In this document: positions 40,758 to 54,173 of the stretch, piece by piece
How positions within the stretch are numbered: the stretch's first letter is position 1
Layout of the letters: every line of letters starts with the position of its first letter
Source of the DNA: Octopus sinensis
Taxonomy: Eukaryota
Length of the DNA stretch: 64,000 bases
Assembly: GCF_006345805.1 (NCBI RefSeq)
Contig: NC_042999.1
Coordinates: 40,486,001-40,550,000, forward strand
Direction of reading: 5' to 3'
Notes under the pieces: generated by a model
The model's input: only the letters and a program-made list of their open reading frames with translations
Database searches by the model: none
Told to the model about the DNA's origin: nothing
Translations under genes and position numbers: made by a program

Positions 40758-41017
40758 AAACATGGCTATACATGGATATATGAGTGTGGGTAAGTGTGTG
40801 TGTTTGTGTGTGTGTGTGTGTGGTGTGTGTGTGTGTGTGTTTGTAAGTACATATATAAGGTCTCCAATAATGGCGATTTATATAGAAAGAATTAAATACA
40901 AGTAAAGGCGATGTACTTATTTCTCATATGCTTTGAGGCTTTGAGACATATAAACACATATATACATTTACATATATACATAGATATATATATGTATATA
41001 CACACACACACACACAC

Positions 41018-41091
<74 letters not shown>

Positions 41092-41984
41092 CACACATAT
41101 ATATATATACATATACTGCATATATTTGTAACATATGAAATTTCAAGCTATTACTAGTATTCATATAATACCAGATTTGGCTGTGATGCTCTGTGTATGT
41201 GTATATGTGCATGTCTGTGTGTGTTTTTGTGTATGTGTGTGTGTTTGTGTGTATGTGTGTGTTTGTGTGTTTGTGTTTATGTGTATGTGTTTGTGTGTGT
41301 GTGTGCATGTGTGTGCCTTTCAGTGTTTCAGCTTATTCGTGTATATGCATTTATTTATGATCACAGTGTCTTTTAAGAAACTGTACTTTACACATGATGT
41401 AAATCTTCTTAGAACATTCATGTTTTCAATAATCTTTTCTTAGATCTGCTTCTAAGCTCTTGTATTGAAAATGTGTGGAAATATACGAAGCGGCATTCAC
41501 TAATTGATATATATCTTAGAGTACATAAATCTATTTTCCGTATACCATTTATTCCAAGATTTCCTATGCCTCGTGTTCTTAGAAACTCGTTATTGCTCTC
41601 TGGAATTAGGTTTCACTAGCAGAATGTTAACATTCTCTTAATTTATGCTGAAGCTCTGTATGCGACTGTCACTGTATTTATTTATTAAGTATGTCTTGTA
41701 TGCGTGTGTATAAGCACTATCAGCATGACATGTATATGTGTATGCCTGCGTATGTATTTGTGTATGTATGCATATATTCATATGTACGTTCTTATAATTG
41801 TTTTATATATATTATATTGTACCTTGTGATAGTCATTACGTCAATAATAAACACACACTGGTCCAATCTCCGTTCTTTACTAATAATCAACTGGGTAGTT
41901 TTTAAACAAAAAATGTATCGATTGCTCGCTTAATCATTTTATTAATCAATCTGTTAGTAGTTTGTCAATGTAATCCGAATTTGC

Positions 41985-42233
41985 CTGATTTGAAAAGGAC
42001 CTAGAATTGAGAGGGCACGATTGGGTGCTGAACTGTTCTGGCTGAAGGTTTACCGCGAAAAGCATGGTTGAAGGCCCAAAATTCCGAATTCTTTTCCAGA
42101 GCTTAGAAAAAGTGAAGGACCGCTGCGGTAAGTGTCTGAATATGAGAGGAGAATATGTTGAATAAAATCATAATTGACTGATCCTCTTTTATTTTCTTTT
42201 ACCCGAAACCAGGAACATTTCGGCACGTCCTCG
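41985..42233 (+). mobile_element. mariner right end (transposase C-terminus and TIR)
   Basis: AWLKAQNSEFF..SLEKVKDRCGKCLNMRGEYVE* followed by TIR (rc) TA|CGAGGACGTGCCGAAATGTTCCTGG. Confidence 0.8.
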
Positions 42234-42491
42234 TATGTCATTGATGAGGTTCTGAATGTCGACGAAAGGATTCTGGAAGAGAACTGATTCATTTATTAAA
42301 TGAGTTATTAAGCAAGTGATCTTTCAGTTAGTTTCTTCATTGACAAATAATAAAGAAGGGTAATTGAGCCAGTGCATGCGTTTATTATTGGCATTATGAC
42401 CCTCCAAGAAACGATAAAATTTGTTTCAGCACACGAGTTCTCATAAAAGAATTTTGCAAAAACCGAAAAGGCGAAATATTTATATAAATAA

Positions 42492-43001
42492 CTATCAGTA
42501 TCGCCCGGCGTTGCTCGGGTTTGTAAGGGAAATAACTATATAAGCATTTTTAGAGAGTTACTTCCCTTATAGATGCCAATTCGGGCTTTCTTAGCCATTT
42601 CTGTTTTGGTGTCTTCAAGCCATGAAGTCGTTGTTCTAAAAGAACGCTGGTCTCCTTGACAACGCATTACGACGTTGATTTCTTTACACTCCCTTCCCCA
42701 CAGCTTCACGAGGGAGGGAAGGGGGAGAAGCAAACAGGTGCAGCTGTGAGCGTGGACGCCAACTCCGCCGCCATCGACACACGAAAAATTATGCATTAAA
42801 ATGGAATAAAAAATGATGTTAAATTATTTTTTAAATCGTAGACTCATCGTTGACGCGCGCTAATACGCAGGCGGGCTCGATATGAATCACGACTATAAGA
42901 TACCTGAATTTGGTTAAACTGCACCGCAAAATGTGGGAGGAGTTAGGAATCTAAATCGAAGGGGACAGACACTCACACAACTAGAGTTTTATATATATAG
43001 A
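42492..43001 (-). mobile_element. Non-autonomous Helitron (about 510 bp)
   Basis: On the minus strand: 5' A|TCTATATATATAAAA; 3' hairpin CCCG-AGCAACGC-CGGG, then ...GATAG|T (CTAG variant); inserted between A and T with no TSD. Confidence 0.85.
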
Positions 43002-43731
43002 TTATATTTTAAAACAGCCAAAACATTTGAAGAATCATTCGATATCTTTTATAAAGTAATACGTTGATTTTATTGTTGCAACAAAAATATTGCTAATTAC
43101 CTTGAAGTTTCTGCTTAGAACTGTAAATATAAATTGTTTCCCAAGGTTGATATATATTTTAATTATGAAAGCATATATCGACGGAAACACTTGTAGAAAA
43201 GTACCGTTCAGAAATTAACAATTTCCGAACACTGTCGTTATTTCTATGAACAATACATTTATATCAAGTTTTTACTACAATACACCTACTGTTCCATTAT
43301 ATTAAAGCTTAAAATTTACCCCTGCAAAAAAAGGAAATAGAACAATAACGATGAATAAATACATTTCTATAAGGATTTCTTTTTATATGCCACAAAATAC
43401 ACTATCATATCATGCCTAATTTGCAAGCACATTGCTCCACTCATAAGAAATATTTCTTGCAAATCTATAAAAGTTCTATATTTAGAAGATGAGGAATTAT
43501 GTACATTATCTACACTATTTACATTCTTTACATAAATTATTTACATTATTTACAACAAACAAGATGAGGACAAATATCCGTCGAATGTAAATAATATAAA
43601 TAATGTAAATATATAAAAGGTTCAGAGATCCAATGATGTAGTCTGATGCTTGGCTATTTAGCTGAATCTTCGAGGCTGTCAAATGTTTTCTTGTAGCAGT
43701 CATAAACACAGGCATGCATGTACACACAACA

Positions 43732-43762
<31 letters not shown>

Positions 43763-43845
43763 CACATATATATATATATACACACATATATTCGTAAGTT
43801 GTCCGTAATTCTGAAAAGAAGCAATCTAAAACAAACATGTTTTCC

Positions 43846-43849
<4 letters not shown>

Positions 43850-43927
<78 letters not shown>

Positions 43928-43960
43928 TAGTAGTAGTAGTAGTAGTAGTAGTTGTTGTAG
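43850..43960. repeat. (AGT)n microsatellite
   Basis: Direct reading. Confidence 0.97.
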
Positions 43961-44031
43961 TATTTTATGTAGTCCTATATGCATATGTGTGTGTGAGGGT
44001 ATGTATGCATATGTGTATTATATGTATACTT

Positions 44032-44358
44032 GTGAAGGCGCGTGGCTTAGTGGTTAGGGGGGCATTCGGCTTATGATCGTAAGGTCGTGAGTTCAATTCT
44101 CGGCGGCGCGTTGTGTCCTTGAGCAAGACACTTTATTTCACGTTGCTCCAGTCCACTCAGCTGGCAAAAATGAGTAGTACCTGTATTTCAAAGGGGCCAG
44201 CCTCGTCACAATCTGTGTCGCGCTGAATCTTCCCGAGAACTACGTTAAGGGTACACGTGTATGTGGTGTGCTCAGCCCCTTGCATGTTAATTTCACGAGC
44301 AAGCTGTTCCCTTGATCGTATTAGCTGGGACCCTCGTCGCATACGACGGAGTGCACCC
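44032..44358 (+). mobile_element. tRNA-derived CORE-type SINE family E (head and core shared with C, different tail)
   Basis: TGGCTTAGTGG, GAGTTCAATTC, gtgtccttgagcaagacacttt..cagctggcaaaaatgag, then a distinct body. Confidence 0.88.
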
Positions 44359-44704
44359 ATACTTGCAGATATATGATGTATTTTATAAATATGATTATCC
44401 AAGTATCATGAAAGCATGTACCTTCGGTTGTGTATTAAAATGATATTTATCTCTCACCGGATGGAGTACTTTTTTGTTGATTCTACGTCCAATGGACTAC
44501 TATATATGGTTGTGTGTGTATGTGCGTGTTTAGGTGTATGTATCTATTTATTATATATATACATTATATATGTAAATATGCGTGTGTGTGTGCGCGCGCC
44601 TCTGTGTTTTTGTGTGTTTATGTGTTTCTCTCTCTCTCTGTCTCTCTCTCTATATACATATACATTATATATATATATACATTATATATATATATATATA
44701 TATA

Positions 44705-44992
44705 TATCATGTGATCACGTGACCGACCAGACCATCAGATGTTTTTACACATCACTGGTCACAATGCGTTCGCATTGTTTTAGCCTTTGAATGACGCCAC
44801 CTCGCTGGATAAGCGAGCAGGCCAACAGAAGAAAGAGTGGGAGAAAGAGTGGTGAAAGAGTACAGCAGGGATCACCACCCCCTGCCGGAGCCTTGTGGAG
44901 CTTTTAGGTGTTTACGCTCAATAAACACTCACAACGCCGGTCTGGGATCGAAACCGCGATTCTACGACCGCGGTAGGTCCGCTTTGCCATAT
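44705..44992 (-). mobile_element. tRNA-derived SINE family D
   Basis: B-box GGTTTCGATCCC (rc); its 5' region is shared with the copy at 63810-64000. Confidence 0.85.
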
Positions 44993-45001
44993 ACAATATG
45001 G

Positions 45002-45037
<36 letters not shown>

Positions 45038-45045
45038 TATCATAT

Positions 45046-45090
<45 letters not shown>

Positions 45091-45094
45091 ATAT

Positions 45095-45400
45095 AATATA
45101 AACGGGAAACAAAACAAAAAAACACAACAACAATGGAACAATTACAGTATTATTATTAATAGGCGCTCGTGGAAATATGGAAGCAGGGAGGTATGACGTT
45201 TCGAGCGGAGCTCTTCGTCGGAAACATAAAGAAGAAGGAAGAGAGAGGAAAGAAAGATCCCAAAGCGGGCAACAGGAGATGGAGAAAAAACGACTGGTGT
45301 TTACGAGTTACACATGGTGAAAGGCGGAAGTTTACGATAACAAGAGCAAAGTAGGTTTTTAAAGCCAAAAGAGTGGAGACAGGGTTGGTAACGCAACAGA
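45095..45400 (-). mobile_element. PLE pseudo-LTR with hammerhead motif
   Basis: Pyrimidine-rich on the minus strand; hammerhead at 45191-45225; related relics at about 32000 and 52155. Confidence 0.7.
45191..45225 (-). ncRNA. Minimal type I hammerhead ribozyme (U4C variant)
   Basis: rc: GTTT-CCGACGA-A-GAGC-TCC-GCTC-GAAAC-GTC-ATAC. Stem II perfect, ACGT palindromic stem III, stem I 3 of 4 paired. Confidence 0.7.
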
Positions 45401-48070
45401 TGTGTGTGTATGTGAGTGTGTGTGGTGTTGCGTGTGTGTATGTGTGAGTGTGTGCGTGTGCGTGTGTGTATGTGTGTGTGAGGCGAGATAAAAAACAAAA
45501 AATATATGTATGTGTTAGTGTGTGTGCTGTGTGTGTAGGCGTGTGAGGTAGGGCGCGAGACAGTAGGCATAGCAGACAGTGGTCAGTAGTAAGAAAAAGA
45601 AGGAAGGAGGAAGGGAGGGAGGGGAAGGGGTGGGGGCGAATGTAGCGTGCCACGTGTGGTGTTGAGTAGTAGTGTGGGTGTTGTGTGTGTCAGTGTCGTG
45701 GTAGTATTAATGGCGAGAAGATTGATGTGTGTAAGAGTAATGTATATATTTAAGCAATGTGTGTGTGAGTGGGTGTGTATATGTGTGCGCGTGTGTGTAA
45801 AAAAAGGTGGGGGGTTAAGGAAAAAGGACTCCAGCTGAGGGGAAGATGGAAGAGTGGTCCCGCGGAGACGGGCGTGGGAAAACCCAACGACAAGCGACGG
45901 TCCCAGGAACGAGCGGGAGGACTCGTCGGGTCCAAGAGCGAGGTGCATGCAGCGCGTATGCGTGCGCGAACCGGCGCAAGCGCGTGTATGCGCGCGCCTG
46001 CGAGTATGCGCGTAAGTATGTATGTGTGTGGATGTGTGAGTGTGTCTGTGTGTATGTCTGGGTGTCAGTGTGTCCGATGAATGTATGTGAGTATGTGTGT
46101 ATATATGTGTGTGCATAGATGTATGTCCGTGTGTGTGTGTGTGGGTATGTGTATGAGTGTGTATGTATGTACGTGGGGGTGTGGAAGTTGTGTGTGTATG
46201 TGCATGTGTGTGCGCGTACATACAGGTGTGTGAGTGAGTGTGTGTGTGTGTATGTATGTGTGGAATGTTGATGTATGTGTGTGTAGGATGCAGTATGTGT
46301 ATGGGTGTATGTATGTGTGTGTGTATGTATGTATGTGTACGTGCGTGTGGTGTGTGGTATGCGTGTAGGTGTGCGCGTGTGCATGCATGCATGTGCGTAT
46401 GTGTGTGTGTGTGTGTGTGTGCTATGTGTGTGGGTATATATGTATGTGCGTATATGTGTGTGTATGTGCGTACATGTGTGTGTGTATGCATGTGTGTATA
46501 TGTAGGTGTGTAGGCGTGTGTGTATAGGTGTATGTATGTAAGTATGTATGTGTGTGTCCGTGTATGTGTGTGTATGTATGTGTGTGTATGTAGGTGTGTG
46601 GGCGTGTGTATATAGGTGTATGTATGTATGTCTGAGTGTGTCCGTGCATGTTTGTGTGTGTGTATGTATGCATGTGTATGTAGGTGTGTGTGTACGTGTG
46701 TAATGTATGTGTGTATGCGTGTGTGTGCGTGTGTATGCGTGCGTGTGTGTATGTAGGTGCGTATGTATGTTTGTGGGAGTGTAGGTGTGTGTGTGCGTGT
46801 GCGTGTTTATGTTGGTGTGTGCGTATGTGAGTGTGAGTGTATAGGTGTTTGTCATGCATGTGTGTGCGCGTGCAGGCGAGTGTGTGTGTAAGTATGTGTG
46901 TGTTATGTTTGTGTGAGTGTGTATGTGTGTATGTATGTGCGTATAGGAGTATGTAGGTTGTGTGTGTATGTGTATGGGGGTATGTTGTATATGTGTGTGT
47001 GTGTGTGTGCATGTGTATAAGTATATGTATGTGTGCGTATGTGGTGCGTGTTATGTATGTGTATGTATGGTGTAGGGGTGTGTGTGTAGATGTATGTATG
47101 TATGGGTGTTGTCTGTGGTGTTGGTGTGTGTGTGTAGGTGGGTGTGTGTGTCTGAGTGAGGGTATGGCTGTGTAGGTGTGTGTGTGTATGAATGTAAGTG
47201 TGTGCGTGTACAAGTGTAATGTATGTATGTAGGTGTGTGTGTGTGTATGTGTACGTGTGCGTGTGTATGTGTGTGTGTATGCGTGTGGAGTGTGAGTGTA
47301 TGGGTGTATGTCTGTGTGTGTGTATGTCTGAAGTAGGTATGTGTGTGTATGTATGTATGTGTGTGTGTGCGGGTATGTGTGTGTGTATGTGTGTTGTGTG
47401 TGAGTAGGTGTGCGTGTATGTATGTGGGTAGGGATGATGCGAGTGTGTGGGTATGTATGCATACATACGCACGCGCACATCCGAAGCAAGCCCACACACA
47501 CGAAGCGCGCTCACGCACACAACGCACAAGCAATACAACGCAAGCCCAGGCCGACCAAGCCCCCAGCGCGCGCCAAGGCGCGCGCGAGCGCAAAGGCCCT
47601 CGAACGCCCCGCTACGCGGGAACCGAGGATCCATCAGCCACACCCGGGAAAGCAGAAAAGAGGGGGGCTGCCTGGATGCAAAAAGGTGTATGTGTGTGTG
47701 CATTCAGTGTAAGGGTGTGCATGTGTGGGTATGTATGTATGTGTGTGCCTACATGTATGTGTGCATGTGTGTGTGTGTGAAGTATGTACGTGCGGTGTGT
47801 GTGTGTGTGGTGAGTGTGTGTGTATGTATGTGCGTATGTAGTGTTTGTATGTATGTGTGTATGTATGTCTGTGTGTGTGTGTGTGTGTGTAAGTATGTAT
47901 GTGTGTGTTGTATGTATGTAGTGTGTGTGTATGTGCATGTTGGTTTGTATTTTAGTGTGTGCATGTATGTCTATAAGTGTGTGTGATTAAATGTGTGAAT
48001 GTATGTACGTAGATGGGTCTACGTATGTGTGTGTGTGAACAGGCGTGTGGGAGGTAGGTAGGTGTGTGTG
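45400..48070. repeat. About 2.7 kb highly degenerate TG/TATG tract with two GC-rich islands
   Basis: Direct reading; islands at about 45800-46010 and 47460-47690. Confidence 0.9.
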
Positions 48071-48113
48071 TGTGGGTGGTGTATCCGGGAAACAAAAAAA
48101 AAAAAAGCGGATC

Positions 48114-50035
48114 TCAAGAGGAGGGGGCTGTGTTAAGTCCGTGTGGGGTAGTAGTTTGTAGGGTGAAGATGTAGCGTTGCTCCAAGTGGAGCCTGGAATG
48201 TGGGCGACCATTGTGGGGGGCGAGACCAAACACTGAGATGTCATCTAGGGAATGGCCGGCCGAGCGGATGTGGCGTGCGACGGGAGAAAAAGAGTGTAGG
48301 CGAACGTCCCTCAAATGTTCAGTGTAACGGTCGGACAACCGGCGTCCCGTCTGTCCTACATACAGCATCCCGCATAGGTTGCATTTAATGCAGTAAATAA
48401 GGCCAGAGAGGTGCACGTAAAAGAGTGCCTAATGCGTACAGTATGCTGGTTGGAGCCGGTGACAGCGGTGGTGTTGGTGATGAAGGGGCAAGTGTTGCAG
48501 CGGGATCTAGAGCAAGGGAATGATCCGCGTGGGCTGAGGGGGAAGGAGGAGAGAGGGTGCTGTGGACCAGGAGGTCACGCAGATTGCGGGCTCGTTTGAA
48601 GGAGGACAGGGGTGGGTTAGGGAAAATGGGGCGGTGGTGGATCAAGCTGGAGGCGACGGAAGGCACGGTAGTATCTTGCGACGAAGGGGGTAGGGTTAGA
48701 GGGGTGGAAAAGGAGAGGGAAGGGGTGGCGGTTGGGGGTGGGGTGGGGAAGGAGACAGGGCGGTAGTGCGGTCGATGCGACGGGTGCGGGTGTGGGCATC
48801 AGAGAGGAGTATGGGTGGGTAACCTCGGAGTCTGAACATGCGGGCCAGGTATTGAGATTGGGTCTCGAAATCCTGGTCGCGGCTGCACAAACGTCCGAGG
48901 CGGAGGAACTGGGAGTAGGGGATGGCTCGTTTGGTGTGGAAGGGGTGGGAGGAAGAGAAGTTGAGATAGAGGTGGGAATCCGTAGGTTTAAAGAAGGCGG
49001 TGGTGGTGAGAGAGTTGGAGGGGTGATCGATGCGGAGAGAGATGTCAAGGAAGTTGACAGAGGTGTTGGAGATGGTGGAGGTGAATTGAAGAGAGGGTGA
49101 AAGTTGGAAAGGAAAGAGATGAATGGCAGAGAAGTTCACGGGAAAGGGAGGTGGCACCTACGCAGTCGTCGATATAACGACCGTATAGTTCGGGGGTCGG
49201 CCCAGAGAACTGGGAGAACACTTGGGCCTCAATGTAGCCAAGAAAGAGATTGGCGAAATTGGGGCCCATCCTAGTTCCCATCGCGACCCCGGACTCTGTG
49301 GTTTTACGTTTCCCCGGCGAACGTGAAGCAATTGAGGGTGAGGACGAGCTCAGCCAAACGGAGACGGGTGGGGGTGCGGGGGTGGGGTCGGGACGACGGT
49401 CGAGGAAGTGTTGGAGGGCTAGGAGACCGTCATTGTGGGGAATCACTGTGTACAGGGATTTTACATCTAAAGTGAAGAGGAGGTGTGAGGGGCTGGAAGG
49501 GAAGGAAACGGAATTGAAGAAACGGAGGGCGTGGTTGGTGTCGTGTATGTGGGATGGGAGGGCTGCGACTAAGGGGGACAGGATGCGGTCGAGGTATAGG
49601 GAAATGAGTTCAGTGGGGCAATTACAGGCAGAGACTATGGGACGGCCAGGATTAGAGGGTTTATGGATCTTGGGAAGGAAGTAGATGGTGGAGGTGCGGG
49701 GTGTGCGGACGATGAGGTTGGTGGCGGTGGGGGGGGGAGAGCGGAGGAGGAGATGAGGTCGCGGATGGTGGAGGACACTCGCTGTTGGTAGGAGGAGGTG
49801 GGATCGGAGGGGAGGAGGCGATAGAAGAGGGGATTTTGAAGCTGTTTGAGCGCTTCCTCCCTGTATAGCGCGCCACACTACCACTGCCCCGCCTTTGTCC
49901 GCCGGTTTGATGACAATGTCATTACGTCGGCGGAGGTGGCGAAGGGCAATGGATTCGGCCCGAGTGAGGTTGGCTCGGCGGGGTCTTGGTTCAAAGTTGA
50001 AACGGTGGACCAAAGCGTTGCAGTCATGTACAAAC
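48114..50035 (-). mobile_element. 5'-truncated Penelope-like element (Neptune-type), RT + Cys linker + GIY-YIG, frameshifted
   Basis: IVIKPADKGGAVVVW, YFLPKIHK, GRPIVS, LDVKSLYT, GVAMGTRMGP, RYIDD, FLDI, FKPTDSH, IPYSQFLR, CPRPRCNTC-type linker, LIYCIKC..C..LYVGQTGRRL.DR..EH, FTLQT..PHGLN. Confidence 0.95.
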
Positions 50036-50707
50036 GAATCTATATATATATGCGCGCGCGTGTGTGTGTATGGTTGTGTAACGGTGCTGTGACAGAAACA
50101 CGTGTTTCTACAAGTCCTTTGCTTCGAGAAAACGCAAGGTCATGCTAACAATTATGAATCGGCAGCTGTCTTTGCTAGCCGTTTTCCCGAATTCCCACTA
50201 TAGGCATTGATAATTTGAATGAGGCAAGAAATTGTATTGTATTGTACATGTATGTCCCTCTTCGTTATTTTGCTCAGTAATGTAAAGACAAGGTTGTGTG
50301 GATAACATCTATTGAAACAGAGAGAGGTGTTCAGATCTGTATCTCACTTCCTTGAAAGAAAAAGACCTTTTTTCGCTCAATCATTTTTAGTCTATCCTCA
50401 CTTGTTAACTCGGCGTTGATATCAATCACTTCTGGATGCATTTACATTTCTGTTCCTTCTAAGGAAAGGACAGAATTGTGTCGTATAGCATTTGGTATAC
50501 ATAATTGTTCTTTGTTTATCGCGTCTGAATTCATGCTATAAGCCATAGTCTGTTATTCCCATGCTTTCTCTTTACGTTCTAAATGTGCAAATTTACGTAG
50601 CCTGTCAAATTGTTTCTATCCTATTTTTTTTGTATATGCGGTAGTCCTATGCTTGGACAGAACGAGTAAAAAGTAACAACTATTTATTTAGAAACTAGTG
50701 TTCAAGT

Positions 50708-51010
50708 GTGAAGATGCATGACTCAGTGGTTAGAGTGTCGGGATCGCAATCATGAGGTAGTGAGTTCGATTCCCGGACCGGGTTGTGTGTTATGTTCTTG
50801 AGCAAGACACTTTATTTCACGTTGCGCCAGTTTTTTATCAGTAGAAATGCTTTGTATCGGTCATTGTATTTTTCCTTGGGGTAGCATCGATGGTGGGGAG
50901 AGCGGAGGCTAATATGCACGGGCGACTGTTAATCTTCCATAAAAAGCCCTACAAGGACTTGTGCCTCGGAAGGTAACTTTCGTGACCGAAGGAGGTCTTT
51001 ACCCTTTATT
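50708..51010 (+). mobile_element. SINE family C, diverged
   Basis: Collinear with 23835-24192. Confidence 0.85.
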
Positions 51011-51297
51011 ATTCAAGGTTACTTTTTGACCTCCAGAAAGAAACAAGTCTTCTTATCGTTGTGCCGTATTAAATTTTGACATTATCTGTTCATTGACATT
51101 TCTTTCTTCTCATTCGGACGCGGAGGCAATTGCATTTACATGTTTGTTTAACTTTCCTCTCACAGTATAACCTGTTCCATTTGTTACCTATATCCATGCG
51201 ACTGGCCAGTCTGAATTATTTCACTTTGGCCTTTTCTTTATACTTATGCAAATTGCATGCGACTGGACAATCTTAATTATTTCAGTTCGACCTTCTT

Positions 51298-51705
51298 TAC
51301 TCTCTACTCTTTTACTTGTTTCAGTCATTTAACTGCGGCTACGCTGCAGCACCGCCTTTAGTCGAGCAAATCGACCCCAGGACTTATTCTGTGTAAAGCT
51401 AGTACTTATTCTATCCGTTTCTTTTGCCGAACCGCTAAGTTACGGGGACGTGAACACACCAGCATCGATTGTCAAGCGATGTTGGGAGGACAAACACAGA
51501 CACACAAACACACTTACACATCTATATACATATACTTATATAAGACGGGCTTCTTTCAGTTTTCGTCTACCAAATCTACTCCCAAGGTTTTGGTCGACCC
51601 GAAGCTATATTAAAAGATACTTGCCCAAGGTGCCACGCAGTGAGACTGAGCCCGGCACTATGTGGTTGGTAAGCAAGCTACTTACCACACAGCCACTCCT
51701 GTGCC
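51298..51705 (-). mobile_element. SINE family A, full length
   Basis: Reverse complement of family A. Confidence 0.93.
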
Positions 51706-52273
51706 TTCTCTTTATAATCAAGCAAATAAATTAGCATAAATTATGCTAATCTTTCCATAATTCATACTAGCAAATCTACCCATCTACGATGGAAACTATA
51801 GAGTGAGGAAAGGAAGTGATAACAGCAGTATGTATTGAGAAATGTGTAAATGGACTTGGTAGATTACTGCGTGATGTCTTAGGGAAATCACATTATTGTG
51901 TGTGATACAGCATTGCATTGCGTCTATATGACATGTTTGCGACATGTGATGACGATTCACTCCCGAACTGAAATAGGCTCCCAGCTTCTCACTACACAGC
52001 CAGAAGTACTTGGACATTGTGATCCGAAAAAAAACGCCCCTGGTTTTATACATAATTTCAGTTAGGTGATCAGTGATTTTATCTGCTTTACATATGTACT
52101 ATAAAAATGTTAGAGCAAACGCGCGCACATACGCACAAGTATACATATACATCTCTGTCGAAGAGCGTAGGTGCGACACGTTAAAGACTTTTCCTTTCTC
52201 CCCGAGCGCTAAACTAATACACTTTTTGCTGTCCAACACCTTTCTTCGACCTTTGTTTTCTGTAAATCTGAAT

Positions 52274-52306
<33 letters not shown>

Positions 52307-52309
52307 ATA

Positions 52310-52348
<39 letters not shown>

Positions 52349-53129
52349 CGAAATACGATTTTTAATCTATAATAGATATTTTAATTCCCTGTTCTTCTTT
52401 AATCTCTTTTCTTCTCTAAATGTTCAGCCAATTTCAGACTTCTAGACTTGATATAGCGTACTTTTAATGCCATTCAGTCACCCAATAGCGTTTGCAATGT
52501 TGATGTACACGGATGCATACTCGTTCAGTAATATCAGAATATTTCTTCACAATAAAAATACAAAGCTCCAACATTCGAATAGATATAACAAAAAACAATG
52601 TCACATTTTAAATGTCTTACGTAGATTTACTGTTCCACTTACGGTTTCCATGTGCAATGTGTGAGTTTCTTACTTTCATTTTCTTTTTTTGTTGTTGTTG
52701 TGAAAGGAGATGACCTTGCAGATCGAACGTTAAAGATCAATAGCGGAAATAATGATTCAAAACATATAATGTTCAAACGAATATTGCAGATAAAATGCTC
52801 TTTTCAAATTTGTAAAGGGAACAGGTGGGTTATAGGTCTGTTAGATTTGATTGAATATCTTATGTGAGAAACGGTTAAGTCGAACTATGCGTTATGTTTT
52901 CCTTTTCCCCTCTTCATAATTTTCGAAGTGGTATTTTAAAACGACTAGTTACACTTAGGTGTTGCTAAACGTTGTGGTTATTAAATGTAGGTTCCGTCTT
53001 TCCTTCTACATACTCCATAATGCATGAAGTAAATTACATGCACACACACACGTATATATGCATATGTATATAGCTATATAGTCAAAAATATTGTATATTT
53101 ATTTATATATATATATAATATATATATAT

Positions 53130-53178
<49 letters not shown>

Positions 53179-53390
53179 AAAAAAGGGTGAAATTTCGTTA
53201 TTTTCTTTCTTTTGCCATATACAGGTTACAAATTCTGTTTGTTTGTGGAGACTTTTTATTACTAGAAATAGTGATCAATTTGGCTGCTATTTCTAATATT
53301 TTCGGTATGCGGTTTTGAGCAACTTGTTGCAATTAACCCTTTATTATAATTAAAATATATATATATATTTATGATATAAATAAATATACC

Positions 53391-53468
<78 letters not shown>

Positions 53469-53489
53469 CTATCTCCTCTCTCTCTCTCT

Positions 53490-53551
<62 letters not shown>

Positions 53552-54034
53552 CAATATAAAATAGTGTGCATTAATCACAAAGAGAAAATACCTATAACAG
53601 GCAAAATTCAAGCAATTCAAAGGGAATGAAAAATAAAACCTTTTACCTTCTTTTTGTGGTTATACCTCTGGGTTTCGGATGTTTTTAGTAAATAAGATAA
53701 TTTACTAAGTAAGTCCTCTTCAGTAACCGTGCCATCCAAGACTAGCCTATAATTATGGGACCAATAGCACGAGTCTCATCTTTATCTGTTATAATTTTTT
53801 CAAAATCCACTACGCAAGCGCAGTTTCAGTTGGCAGAAAAAAAAATGCCGAAACGAACTTTGAAAACCTAATATCGATTCTTAGATATCTATATAGGGTA
53901 ATATAACTACCAACCTATATAAATTTATATAGGGTAATAAAATGTACACTATTTTATATTGAATAATATGTCGTCTATTGACTTTTAATACATGCTAGGC
54001 CACTGGTAGTGAAATTTGTAAAATTTTATTACCC

Positions 54035-54040
54035 TATCTC

Positions 54041-54093
<53 letters not shown>

Positions 54094-54119
54094 TGTATAT
54101 ATATATATATATATATATC

Positions 54120-54173
<54 letters not shown>

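Noticed and set aside
45583-47986. Long 180-359 aa His/Thr-rich ORFs
   Set aside because: They arise from a stop-poor CA/TACA tract and show no domain features.
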